DNA of 20,000 nucleotides from an uncultured virus (IMG/VR IMGVR_UViG_3300042898_003498) (Duplodnaviria; Heunggongvirae; Uroviricota; Caudoviricetes): the IMG/VR virus record IMGVR_UViG_3300042898_003498, one strand, 5' to 3'. The position numbers were made by a program, and so were the translations under genes. This document shows, piece by piece, positions 1-7,255 of this stretch (the first letter of the stretch is position 1; each line of letters starts with the position of its first letter). A model generated the notes under the pieces. The model saw nothing but the letters and a program-made list of their open reading frames with translations. It did no database searches and was not told where the DNA came from.

Positions 1-636
1 GCCCAAGAACTGCTGACACAATTCTTTCTTAGGTAATCCGCTGCCCGCAAAGTGAATTAAGAAGTCACCTGGTGTCCATTGTCCGCTATTGCCAGTCTTG
101 TCGATATCACTGCGATAAATGTTCCAATACAATTGTCTGTACAAGAAACTGTTAAAAGTTTTCTGCGGAACAAACTTAAACAAGTGACCATATGTATGCA
201 TGTTATCAATCATGGCCTGCTGTTCCCACCACATGTGTGTTTGATACTTTTCAACTTGTGTCCACAGAAATGCAAAGTACTCTCTGCTTTCTGGACTATT
301 CTTAATCATAAAACTATCAGCATTGATATCGTTAATATCTTTAGCCATAACAATATGGTAATCTTCGTCAATGAAACTCTCTAGTTTGATGTAGAAGTTA
401 GTGATTAATGTATCAGCACCTGCCCAATACAACCAATCGTATTCAGGATGTTCATTCATAACGTCCAGCATGAACTTGATCTTCTCGTAGCTAGGGCAAT
501 AAGTGAACCCATCTGTCTTAACGTGATATGGATAACCCCAATGATCACAATATAGTTTCTTATTTTGTGTCCAGCTTACGTCAGCTAGGGCTTGATAGTT
601 ATGATCCCATAACTGGCATACTGCAATTTTTGTCAT
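1..636 (-). CDS. GT34 (GMA12/MNN10-like) glycosyltransferase, runs off the window start
   Basis: Not in the ORF track; translated by hand from ATG at 636, which overlaps the rmlC stop. MTKIAVCQLW...NKKLYCDHWGY...EKIKFMLDVMNEHPEYDWLYWAGADTLITN...DINADSFMIKNS...WEQQAM...WTPGDFLIHFAG matches the GT34 motif order. Confidence 0.8.
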   Translation of the reverse strand, partial: MTKIAVCQLWDHNYQALADVSWTQNKKLYCDHWGYPYHVKTDGFTYCPSYEKIKFMLDVMNEHPEYDWLYWAGADTLITNFYIKLESFIDEDYHIVMAKDINDINADSFMIKNSPESREYFAFLWTQVEKYQTHMWWEQQAMIDNMHTYGHLFKFVPQKTFNSFLYRQLYWNIYRSDIDKTGNSGQWTPGDFLIHFAGSGLPKKELCQQFLG

Positions 637-1196
637 AATGTTCCTTGAAATTTGTAACAGTCATTCCAGCTTGGATGCTTTTTATCTCGCTCACTTATTA
701 CAAGTGATTGATCAGCAAGGAATGGCCATTGAATGTTTAGTGTAGCATCTTCTGCATCTATGCCACACTCTGCTTCGGCATTGTAATAGTTGTCTAATTT
801 GTAATTAACATAAGTGTTAGGATCTAATGTTAGGAATCCGTGATAAAATCCACGAGGGATATACACGATGCTCGGCTCGTCTTTTGATATAACCACTTTG
901 CAAGATTGTCCATATGTAGGACTATCTGTTCTAGCATCTACTAACACATCTAATATACTTCCGTTAAAAACACTAACTAATTTAGCCAATGGTGCAACTG
1001 CTGATTGAGAGTGCATACCTCTTAGTGTATTTGCATTTGCACTAAAGCTAGTATAATCAAATATAAACTTACTTGCAATACCTGCATCTTCCAACCAGCT
1101 TTGTCTAAAGTCTTCAGTGAACCATCCACGACTATCACCTAGTCGTTTTAGTTTAAAGACCTTAGCATCCTTTAACGGTAAGTCATAATATTCCAT
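633..1196 (-). CDS. rmlC: dTDP-4-dehydrorhamnose 3,5-epimerase
   Basis: GDSRGWFTE, TLRGMH, KLV..G.ILDV.VDAR..SPTYG, YIPRGFYHGF and ISERDKKHP motifs. Confidence 0.93.
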   Translation of the reverse strand: MEYYDLPLKDAKVFKLKRLGDSRGWFTEDFRQSWLEDAGIASKFIFDYTSFSANANTLRGMHSQSAVAPLAKLVSVFNGSILDVLVDARTDSPTYGQSCKVVISKDEPSIVYIPRGFYHGFLTLDPNTYVNYKLDNYYNAEAECGIDAEDATLNIQWPFLADQSLVISERDKKHPSWNDCYKFQGTL

Positions 1197-1996
1197 TAGA
1201 AATAAAATCCATTAACTCGTGGAAACCAAACATCGCCCCAGCCGTGCGGGCTGCGATAATTGTCATAGTCTTTTCTATTCTCACACCAAAATGTTTTGCC
1301 AAGGCCGATAGCCAATGCCATTACAATACTTTGATTAGCCATTACCTGTTCAGCACCCTGAATGATCTGTGCCATTTCGTACATATCACGAACTGGATGG
1401 TAAGGAACATTGCAGTTAAATTGTTTGTTAAATGCCGCATGTTCTTCTTCTGTGCCAAGGAAGATAGCGACATCTTCAAGTCCTTCTTCTACCCACTTGC
1501 GCCAGGTTGGGCTATTAGGATCACTGCCTTGTAGATATCTAGGAGTCCTGTTAATTACAATAGGACGCCCGACACATTGCATAGGTTCGACATTGTCGAG
1601 CCATGGCTCGATTAGTAATTCTTTTTTGTGTTGATTAATATCAATTCCGCAAACCATTGCTGCGCATTCAGTTTGATTGCCTTGCCATCCTTTTGGACCA
1701 GTGGTGTATTTGTAGTGGTCAGCTAGGTCGTGATCTACAGTTTCATTTCGCCAAAGATCTAGTTTATGAATATAGCTTTGTTTCTCTAGCAATGGAAATA
1801 GAAAGTCTATGTCAGCTTGTGTGTAGCGGCCGGCATGTGGGCCTGCGTTTGGTGCGCCAAACGCATTCCAAGATACCTCATTCATTCCGTTAAGTTTAAT
1901 ATAAACGTCACCGCCACCTAGTAATTTAACAGGGCACATGCTATATATAGTATCGCCAAATGTGCCGCTATGGCTGAAAGTTAATCGCTTAGTCAT
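1196..1996 (-). CDS. GT9/heptosyltransferase-like glycosyltransferase (GT-B)
   Basis: N-terminal SGTFGDTIYS and C-terminal EMAQIIQGAEQVMANQS..MALAIGLGK resemble the GT9 motifs GD and L..LI..A..FIGNDSG..H.A.ALG; it sits in a sugar operon. Confidence 0.6.
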   Translation of the reverse strand: MTKRLTFSHSGTFGDTIYSMCPVKLLGGGDVYIKLNGMNEVSWNAFGAPNAGPHAGRYTQADIDFLFPLLEKQSYIHKLDLWRNETVDHDLADHYKYTTGPKGWQGNQTECAAMVCGIDINQHKKELLIEPWLDNVEPMQCVGRPIVINRTPRYLQGSDPNSPTWRKWVEEGLEDVAIFLGTEEEHAAFNKQFNCNVPYHPVRDMYEMAQIIQGAEQVMANQSIVMALAIGLGKTFWCENRKDYDNYRSPHGWGDVWFPRVNGFYF

Positions 1997-2017
1997 TGAA
2001 TCCTCATTTTTGTGCAG

Positions 2018-2023
2018 TATTTA
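2018..2023 (-). promoter_or_regulatory. T4-late-like promoter core (TAAATA)
   Basis: TTTAAATA lies upstream of the GAGGA SD and the ATG at 1996. Confidence 0.45.
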
Positions 2024-2051
2024 AATTATTTTTTTCTGCAACGTAACAAAT

Positions 2052-2080
2052 ATGATACAGCCTTGATTTGCATCTGTCAA
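2052..2080 (-). promoter_or_regulatory. sigma70-type promoter for the glycosylation operon
   Basis: TTGACA-N17-TATCAT on the minus strand. Confidence 0.65.
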
Positions 2081-2103
2081 GCATTTGTATAATAAGTAAT
2101 GAT

Positions 2104-2817
2104 ATGAAAACATTAGTATTTTGCACCTCTTACTCAAACGATCAAGCACGTTGGGACGGCCTATTTGGGCGTTGGATCAACGCTTTGGAAAACAGCAAAC
2201 TTGAATATGATCAACTATTATTAATCGATGATGGTAGTGCTATTATGCCCGGATGGGAAGGCGTAGAAGTTATTCAAGAAAATCAACTACCCGAAGAATG
2301 CCCGGACAGTCGCGGAATCATTTACCACTTTGAACAAAACTTAGGTTATAGCGGACATGCTGTATATCCAGGTTGGTACAGGAGTTTTATGTTTGCAGCG
2401 GCCTATGCAGAGAAATACGGGTTTGAAAAAATCATTCATGTTGAATCCGATGCATTTCTAATCACAGATAGAATACAAGAATATGTGAATTCTTTGGAAT
2501 CAGGATGGACTACATTTTGGTGCCCTCGACATAAGTTCCCAGAGAATAATATTCAGATTATTGCAGGCGATTCAGTTAAGAGATTTATTCAATGGAATAA
2601 CGATCAAGTGCCGTATTCTACATATCAAAACATTTGTGCAGAATTCTGGACTCCTTACACACATGTAAATAAAGAGTTCAAGGGCGATCGTTGGGGAGAA
2701 TTTGCACCAGGTATGGCTGCTGTTCCTGACCCTAGCTGCCCTCCGGGCGTCCCTAAAGATGCTGATTTTGTATGCCAAGTGCGGGCCGAATCACCCGCTT
2801 GGTGGTTAGAAGAATAA
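2104..2817 (+). CDS. GT-A fold glycosyltransferase-like protein
   Basis: ATG at 2104 (MKTLVFCTSY) preferred over TTG 2068; LLLIDDGS, NLGY and KIIHVESDAFL (DxD-like ESD) motifs. Confidence 0.6.
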   Translation: MKTLVFCTSYSNDQARWDGLFGRWINALENSKLEYDQLLLIDDGSAIMPGWEGVEVIQENQLPEECPDSRGIIYHFEQNLGYSGHAVYPGWYRSFMFAAAYAEKYGFEKIIHVESDAFLITDRIQEYVNSLESGWTTFWCPRHKFPENNIQIIAGDSVKRFIQWNNDQVPYSTYQNICAEFWTPYTHVNKEFKGDRWGEFAPGMAAVPDPSCPPGVPKDADFVCQVRAESPAWWLEE

Positions 2818-2848
2818 ACTACATACTTTTTCTCTAGTTCATTAAGTG

Positions 2849-2854
2849 TAAATA
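2849..2854 (+). promoter_or_regulatory. T4-late-like promoter core (TAAATA)
   Basis: TGTAAATA upstream of the GGAGG SD and ATG 2876. Confidence 0.5.
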
Positions 2855-2875
2855 TTATGGACTGGAGGGAACAGT

Positions 2876-3154
2876 ATGGGAGATTTCTTAAAATTAGTAG
2901 CAGAGTTAGGCTTCCCAATTGCGGGAGCATTGGCTGCTGGATACTTTGTTTTCCTAACATTGAAATTTATTCTTGCTGGAGTAACATCTAGCGTAAATGG
3001 CATGGGCGGCATTATCAAAGGGTTGGATAGTCGGGTTGATACCATGACTAACCAGCTACAGCGTATCGATGTTAAGGTAAGCCATGCACTAGGATTACAA
3101 CCAGACTACGATCGTATTGCTCGTGCAGATCAAGTCGATCAAAGGAAAGACTAA
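2876..3154 (+). CDS. Small single-pass membrane protein with coiled coil (GFPI motif, YvrJ/holin-like)
   Basis: GGAGG SD; ELGFPIAGALAAGYFVFLTL hydrophobic helix followed by a heptad-like segment. Confidence 0.75.
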   Translation: MGDFLKLVAELGFPIAGALAAGYFVFLTLKFILAGVTSSVNGMGGIIKGLDSRVDTMTNQLQRIDVKVSHALGLQPDYDRIARADQVDQRKD

Positions 3155-3303
3155 TGACAGCACCTATTAAAGACCTACAAACAGGCTTAGCTTATGATTT
3201 AGTTAAACTTGAAGATAGTGAAATAAGTGAAGAACATTTACAAATGATTGAGGATACCTACGAACAAGTATATCTTATTCTTAACAAGGCAAACAAGGAG
3301 TAA
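3154..3303 (+). CDS. Small acidic hypothetical protein (49 aa)
   Basis: Below the ORF track cutoff. TAATG overlap with the upstream stop, AAGGA SD, MTAPIKDLQTGLAYDLVKLEDSEISEEHLQMIEDTYEQVYLILNKANKE; it fills the gap between the two membrane genes. Confidence 0.65.
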   Translation: MTAPIKDLQTGLAYDLVKLEDSEISEEHLQMIEDTYEQVYLILNKANKE

Positions 3304-3306
3304 TAC

Positions 3307-3666
3307 ATGGATCTAGTAGAAATGATCAACAAGTACGGATTCCCTATCGTTGCTGCTGGCGGAATGGGATACTTCATATACTACGTATGGACTTGGGTAA
3401 CTACAGAGATTAAACCAGTTATAGGCCAAGCTAATGGAACACTGATAGCTCTCATTGATCGTATCAGAATGTTGGACAATGATCTTATTAGATTAAATCA
3501 GAAAGTAGAGACAGTAATGGAACTACGTGGTAAGACCATTGAGAAAGAACGTATTGCTGCTGATGCAAGTATTAACAAAGAACCTGAACCAGTTAAATCA
3601 CTATCTCCCATACCTCAAAGGAGATTTACACAACAAGAAATTAATGGTGCATCAGGTGATGATTAA
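3307..3666 (+). CDS. Small membrane protein, paralogue of 2876-3154
   Basis: AAGGAG SD; KYGFPIVAAGGMGYFIYYVW, then LIDRIRMLDNDLIRLNQKV aligns with LDSRVDTMTNQLQRIDVKV. Confidence 0.78.
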   Translation: MDLVEMINKYGFPIVAAGGMGYFIYYVWTWVTTEIKPVIGQANGTLIALIDRIRMLDNDLIRLNQKVETVMELRGKTIEKERIAADASINKEPEPVKSLSPIPQRRFTQQEINGASGDD

Positions 3667-4197
3667 TACCTGAGAGGGTATCCAGTTTTGTTAGATTGTG
3701 AAGCCATACGACACCCTCTTCGGAGGGTGATCTTTTGTGTTTGTTGAGTTGCTCGGCACACACTGAGACAATAGGTATTTAGATTTCCACGCTTCTGGGC
3801 TCTGTACCTTACCCAACCTATTACGACTTTTAAACTAACTGCGGTGTCACTGTTAGTATGAGCGTGTAGGAAATCGTTTCAACTGTTACGACTATTCAAA
3901 TGTTTCGTGCCACTGGGCAGACATTTAAGCATCCTTTCGGGTAGTGAATAGAAGCTGCCTTCGCAATGAGGCTAATGTCAGTGGGTCGCTTGTTAAGAAC
4001 CTTGACCAGCAGAGGATCAACTGGCGCTGCTACGCCTTCTGTTGCGATGATAGGAGTATGTAAATGTATGTTACTACATTGTACAGGTGATCCAAAATGA
4101 TCACAATGGAGATCCAAAGTTTGGAGGTCTTTTAGATTTTGTTATTTTGGGCGACAACTCATCAGTTCTTTGAACTTATCTTTGTGCCCTCCTATTG
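3667..4197 (+). ncRNA. Candidate large structured non-coding RNA (family not recognised)
   Basis: More than 12 stems including nested long-range helices (3782-3793/3861-3875, 3892-3898/3945-3951, 4048-4056/4189-4197), GAGA and cUUCGg tetraloops, and G-U pairs consistent with the + strand; no credible CDS. Confidence 0.6.
3712..3736 (+). terminator. cUUCGg hairpin; possible intrinsic terminator of the + operon or part of the ncRNA
   Basis: CACCCTC-TTCG-GAGGGTG followed by ATCTTTT. Confidence 0.45.
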
Positions 4198-4209
4198 AGA
4201 AGTACGGCC

Positions 4210-4242
4210 AAAAGTATGCTAAGACGCACAGCCTAGCATACT
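4210..4242 (-). terminator. Intrinsic terminator after the adenylate cyclase gene
   Basis: Minus-strand AGTATGCTA...TAGCATACT stem followed by a T run, about 20 nt past the stop. Confidence 0.6.
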
Positions 4243-4260
4243 CGTCTAGCAGATCTTCCA

Positions 4261-6324
4261 TCACTTTGATGTTGCCTTGTAGGTACCATCCCAGTCACTA
4301 GGCAAATCTCTTGAGCGCATGTCAGCAATACGCTCTTGCCACAATGCATAATACTCATCCATCTTGCCATCGAACTCTCCTACTAGATCTTGACAGATAG
4401 TAATAGCCTTGTCCCATTCCTGCTTGCGATAATGTGCCAACATTAAATCGTGCATTTCACGAGCCATGATCCAATCTGCTGCTACTGTAACATCGGGATT
4501 GTAAAACACTGTGTAGATCGTAACTCCGATGCTCTTGCCTTTAACAGCAATAGTATCTAGTTCAATAGTAAAGTATTCATCACCTACTCGAGCCTGTGTA
4601 AATTCGCTAATGATGATTAATACACCGTAGTTCTTAGTTTGGCTTTCTAAACGAGCGGCGAGACTTACGCTGTCACCGAGTACGTCATAACCAAAGCGAT
4701 CCTTCGATCCAATGTTACCGATTAGTGTAGGGCCTGTGTTAATACCTAATCCGCAGCCAACTAAGGGCTTGCCTTCTTTGGTAAGTTCAATGTTAAACAG
4801 TTCAACAGCATGTAGCATTTCAAGTCCGGTGCGCACAGCGGCCAGCACATGATCTGGATCTTGTTCTTCTTGAATTGGAGCACCATGAACGTGCAATGAC
4901 GCATCACCGATGAACTTGATTAAACAACCGTTGTTGCGTAAGATGGGCTCTGCAATAGCAGTCATGTAACGATTCATAGTATGAGTAAATGCCACAACAT
5001 CATCGCCGTAGGTTTCGCCCAGGCCAGTGAAGTTACGCATGTCACTCATAATGATACTCAAGTCTTTCTTTTCGCCTCCTAGTTTAATAAAGCTAGGATC
5101 TTTTTGTAGTCGTTCAACAATTATGGGATTTACATATCCACCGAACTGTTTCTTGATTTGTTGCTTTTGGAAGAACTCATCAAGGAATTTAACCACATAG
5201 GCGTGTAATCCAACCAATACAACACCGCAGACAAAAGCAGTAGTATCAAACAAAATACCGTAGCCATTATAAGCCCATATACTACCACCGATGCTAACCA
5301 AAACAAGACCAACCATAAATCCAATACCAACATACATCCACCTTGTTAAAAATAGTAACAATAAGCCTGCTGCTATAATAGCTGCCACTTCTAAGTCATC
5401 TGCATATCCGGGTCGTTGTATTGCAGTATCCGATAACAGGGTACCTAATAAACTAGCCTGCATGTCCTGCGGCCAAATCTCGCCACGAGCAGTGGCCACC
5501 GGCTGAACTAGACCTGCTGCACTTAATCCCACAATAACAACTTCACTGTTAAAGTCTTTGGGCAATTTAGCAAGACTGTGTTGCTTAGGTTGCTGACTCC
5601 AATCAATCCATACACGACTCAATGGATCTACGTTGATGCGATTCAGTTTAGGAATACGCACTGCCTCGACGCCCATATCTGTGATCTTAGCCTGTATCCT
5701 AGTGTCACCTGCTGCTAGTCTAAGTGTTTCTAATCCAATAGCAGGATGCACAGTTCCACTGCTTAGTATTAACAATGGCATACGACGAACAACACCATCT
5801 ATTTCAGGAAAGGTATTTACAATGCCCGTGCCGGCTGCACGTTCTTCCAGCATAGGGACGTTAGCGATAATGCCTGGATATTCTACCAGACTACCTTGCG
5901 GATCGACACCTACGATCTGCACAGGACTTCCGAACGTCTTATTCTTCCCTGTGGTGCTGGCAACCTGTGGCAGCACTGCTGGATATTTTTCTAATGCTTG
6001 GGCCAGTTTATTATCTTGACCAAACCTATCTGCTTCAGGCATAAGGATATTGAGCACAACAAGGCCAGCGTTTCTGTCATATAGGTCTTTAATAATGTCA
6101 GCATATAGTCCTCGAGGAAATGGGAATTGTCCATACTTGTCTAATGCAGCCTCATCTATATTGACAGTATGTACAGGGATGTCTTGTGTAGGTTGGCTAG
6201 TGATCAGTTGATCAAAATAGCGTAGTCTAACTGATTCCACAAATGCAGGATCTGCAAATCTAACACCTGCTACTAATAGTAATGTGATTAGGGCCAACCA
6301 CGGGCTTAATAAAATCTTCTTCAT
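4261..6324 (-). CDS. CHASE2-domain membrane class III adenylate cyclase
   Basis: N-terminal TM; CHASE2 (VNIDEAAL..YGQFPFPR, DGVVRRMPL); three TMs; cyclase motifs MSDMRNFT, KFIGDA, GINTG...GNIGS..RFGYDVLGD, AARLE, VKGK; C-terminal TPR-like WDG tail. Confidence 0.93.
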   Translation of the reverse strand: MKKILLSPWLALITLLLVAGVRFADPAFVESVRLRYFDQLITSQPTQDIPVHTVNIDEAALDKYGQFPFPRGLYADIIKDLYDRNAGLVVLNILMPEADRFGQDNKLAQALEKYPAVLPQVASTTGKNKTFGSPVQIVGVDPQGSLVEYPGIIANVPMLEERAAGTGIVNTFPEIDGVVRRMPLLILSSGTVHPAIGLETLRLAAGDTRIQAKITDMGVEAVRIPKLNRINVDPLSRVWIDWSQQPKQHSLAKLPKDFNSEVVIVGLSAAGLVQPVATARGEIWPQDMQASLLGTLLSDTAIQRPGYADDLEVAAIIAAGLLLLFLTRWMYVGIGFMVGLVLVSIGGSIWAYNGYGILFDTTAFVCGVVLVGLHAYVVKFLDEFFQKQQIKKQFGGYVNPIIVERLQKDPSFIKLGGEKKDLSIIMSDMRNFTGLGETYGDDVVAFTHTMNRYMTAIAEPILRNNGCLIKFIGDASLHVHGAPIQEEQDPDHVLAAVRTGLEMLHAVELFNIELTKEGKPLVGCGLGINTGPTLIGNIGSKDRFGYDVLGDSVSLAARLESQTKNYGVLIIISEFTQARVGDEYFTIELDTIAVKGKSIGVTIYTVFYNPDVTVAADWIMAREMHDLMLAHYRKQEWDKAITICQDLVGEFDGKMDEYYALWQERIADMRSRDLPSDWDGTYKATSK

Positions 6325-6327
6325 ATT

Positions 6328-6615
6328 TTATTCCTCGCAGTTCCAGCGGCTTAGTGCTTTGGCTTTTGGAGTAGGACGACCTTTCTCATCCTTCATAGGG
6401 CCTTTATTGCCACTCATTCTAGCACAGAAACTCTTACGGCGTTTAGCATCTTTGCTACCTGCTTTTAGTTTGCTAGGTTTAGTAGTGACCGCAGTCTTTA
6501 ACTTGCTACCTGGATTCTCTCTACGATAAGCATTAACAGCTTTTTGACTGAGTCCGTCCGTCTTGTCTTTCTTATTGACCTTGTTCCAGTCTTCTAAAAG
6601 TTCTTGAATCTTCAT
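6328..6615 (-). CDS. Basic phage protein (DUF6321-like)
   Basis: YRRENPGSKLKTAV...RRKSFCARM...ALSRWNC, a pattern typical of T4-like phage proteins; N-terminus MKIQELLE. Confidence 0.75.
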   Translation of the reverse strand: MKIQELLEDWNKVNKKDKTDGLSQKAVNAYRRENPGSKLKTAVTTKPSKLKAGSKDAKRRKSFCARMSGNKGPMKDEKGRPTPKAKALSRWNCEE

Positions 6616-6809
6616 TTCTTTTTAGCCTTCCCTGCTTTCATATTGGCCAGCCAATGTGCCATACGCTGCTTTTCACCTGAACTGTTTTTAGCAGTTTTAC
6701 GTAAGCTACTAACGCTGGCTTTGGTATTTACTCCGCTGCGTTTAGCCAATCCTTTACGTCCAGGATTTTTGCCATCTGCAAAGTTTTCTAATAGCTCACT
6801 TACCTTCAT
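6612..6809 (-). CDS. Small basic phage protein
   Basis: MKVSELLE N-terminus, Lys/Arg-rich, overlaps both neighbours. Confidence 0.72.
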   Translation of the reverse strand: MKVSELLENFADGKNPGRKGLAKRSGVNTKASVSSLRKTAKNSSGEKQRMAHWLANMKAGKAKKK

Positions 6810-7242
6810 GAGGTTTCTCTCCAGTCATGTAAGGAAGCCCAAACCATAATTTAAACCATTCTGCATCGCCAGGTTTAATATTGTGTTTATGCATTATGTT
6901 AGTTTTTTCTTGACTTGCTTGTCCAAACGTTTCACCATAGCTGGTAGAATGTTTACTTTCTTCTACTCCGCCGTCACCGCTGTAGCTAGCGTCATAACCG
7001 TACCATCCGTAAGGGCCTGGACCGTAAGCTGCATTTTTAATTTTTTTACGCTTACGTTTACGTTCTTCAATTGGGGCTTCTTCTAAACTACCGCCGCCTT
7101 CCATAATAGCCCATTCTACTGCTGTGAATTTAGGTGTAGGTTTTGCAGACATTTCAGCATCAAGTTTAGCTTGTAAACTTTCTGTATAGGTTAACGGCTT
7201 CTGCGGTTTGGCAGGTTTCTTAATAAGGTCGTCGAATCGCAT
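6796..7242 (-). CDS. Hypothetical phage protein (modular, low complexity)
   Basis: ATG at 7242 (MRFDDLIK) lies 4 nt after TATAAATA and is preferred over the track start 7281, which lies inside the upstream gene; IKPGDAEWFKLWF motif. Confidence 0.72.
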   Translation of the reverse strand: MRFDDLIKKPAKPQKPLTYTESLQAKLDAEMSAKPTPKFTAVEWAIMEGGGSLEEAPIEERKRKRKKIKNAAYGPGPYGWYGYDASYSGDGGVEESKHSTSYGETFGQASQEKTNIMHKHNIKPGDAEWFKLWFGLPYMTGEKPHEGK

Positions 7243-7246
7243 CGAG

Positions 7247-7254
7247 TATTTATA
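7247..7254 (-). promoter_or_regulatory. T4-type late promoter TATAAATA
   Basis: Exact T4 gp55 consensus in a 13-nt intergenic gap. Confidence 0.7.
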
Positions 7255-7255
7255 G

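Noticed and set aside
79..384. 101-aa + strand ORF
   Set aside because: Antisense shadow of the GT34-like gene on the minus strand; no recognisable motifs.
3776..3781. Minus-strand TAAATA inside the candidate ncRNA
   Set aside because: No downstream minus-strand gene; a 6-mer is expected by chance in AT-rich DNA.
3896..4117. 73-aa minus strand ORF in the structured region
   Set aside because: No SD, no protein-like features, and it lies beyond the cyclase terminator; the region is better explained by RNA structure.
3667..4197. Group I/II intron, RNase P, tmRNA, tRNA or retron identity for the structured region
   Set aside because: No interrupted gene, no complementary P7 partner for the GACTA segment, no GAGGAAAGUCC, no tRNA-like ends or cloverleaf, and no reverse transcriptase in the window.
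5130..6529. Several alternative-frame and antisense ORFs over the cyclase and DUF6321-like genes
   Set aside because: They overlap well-supported genes and lack motifs or RBS.
7044..7064. Short TTACG(C/T) tandem repeat
   Set aside because: It simply encodes the RKRKRK stretch; not an independent repeat element.
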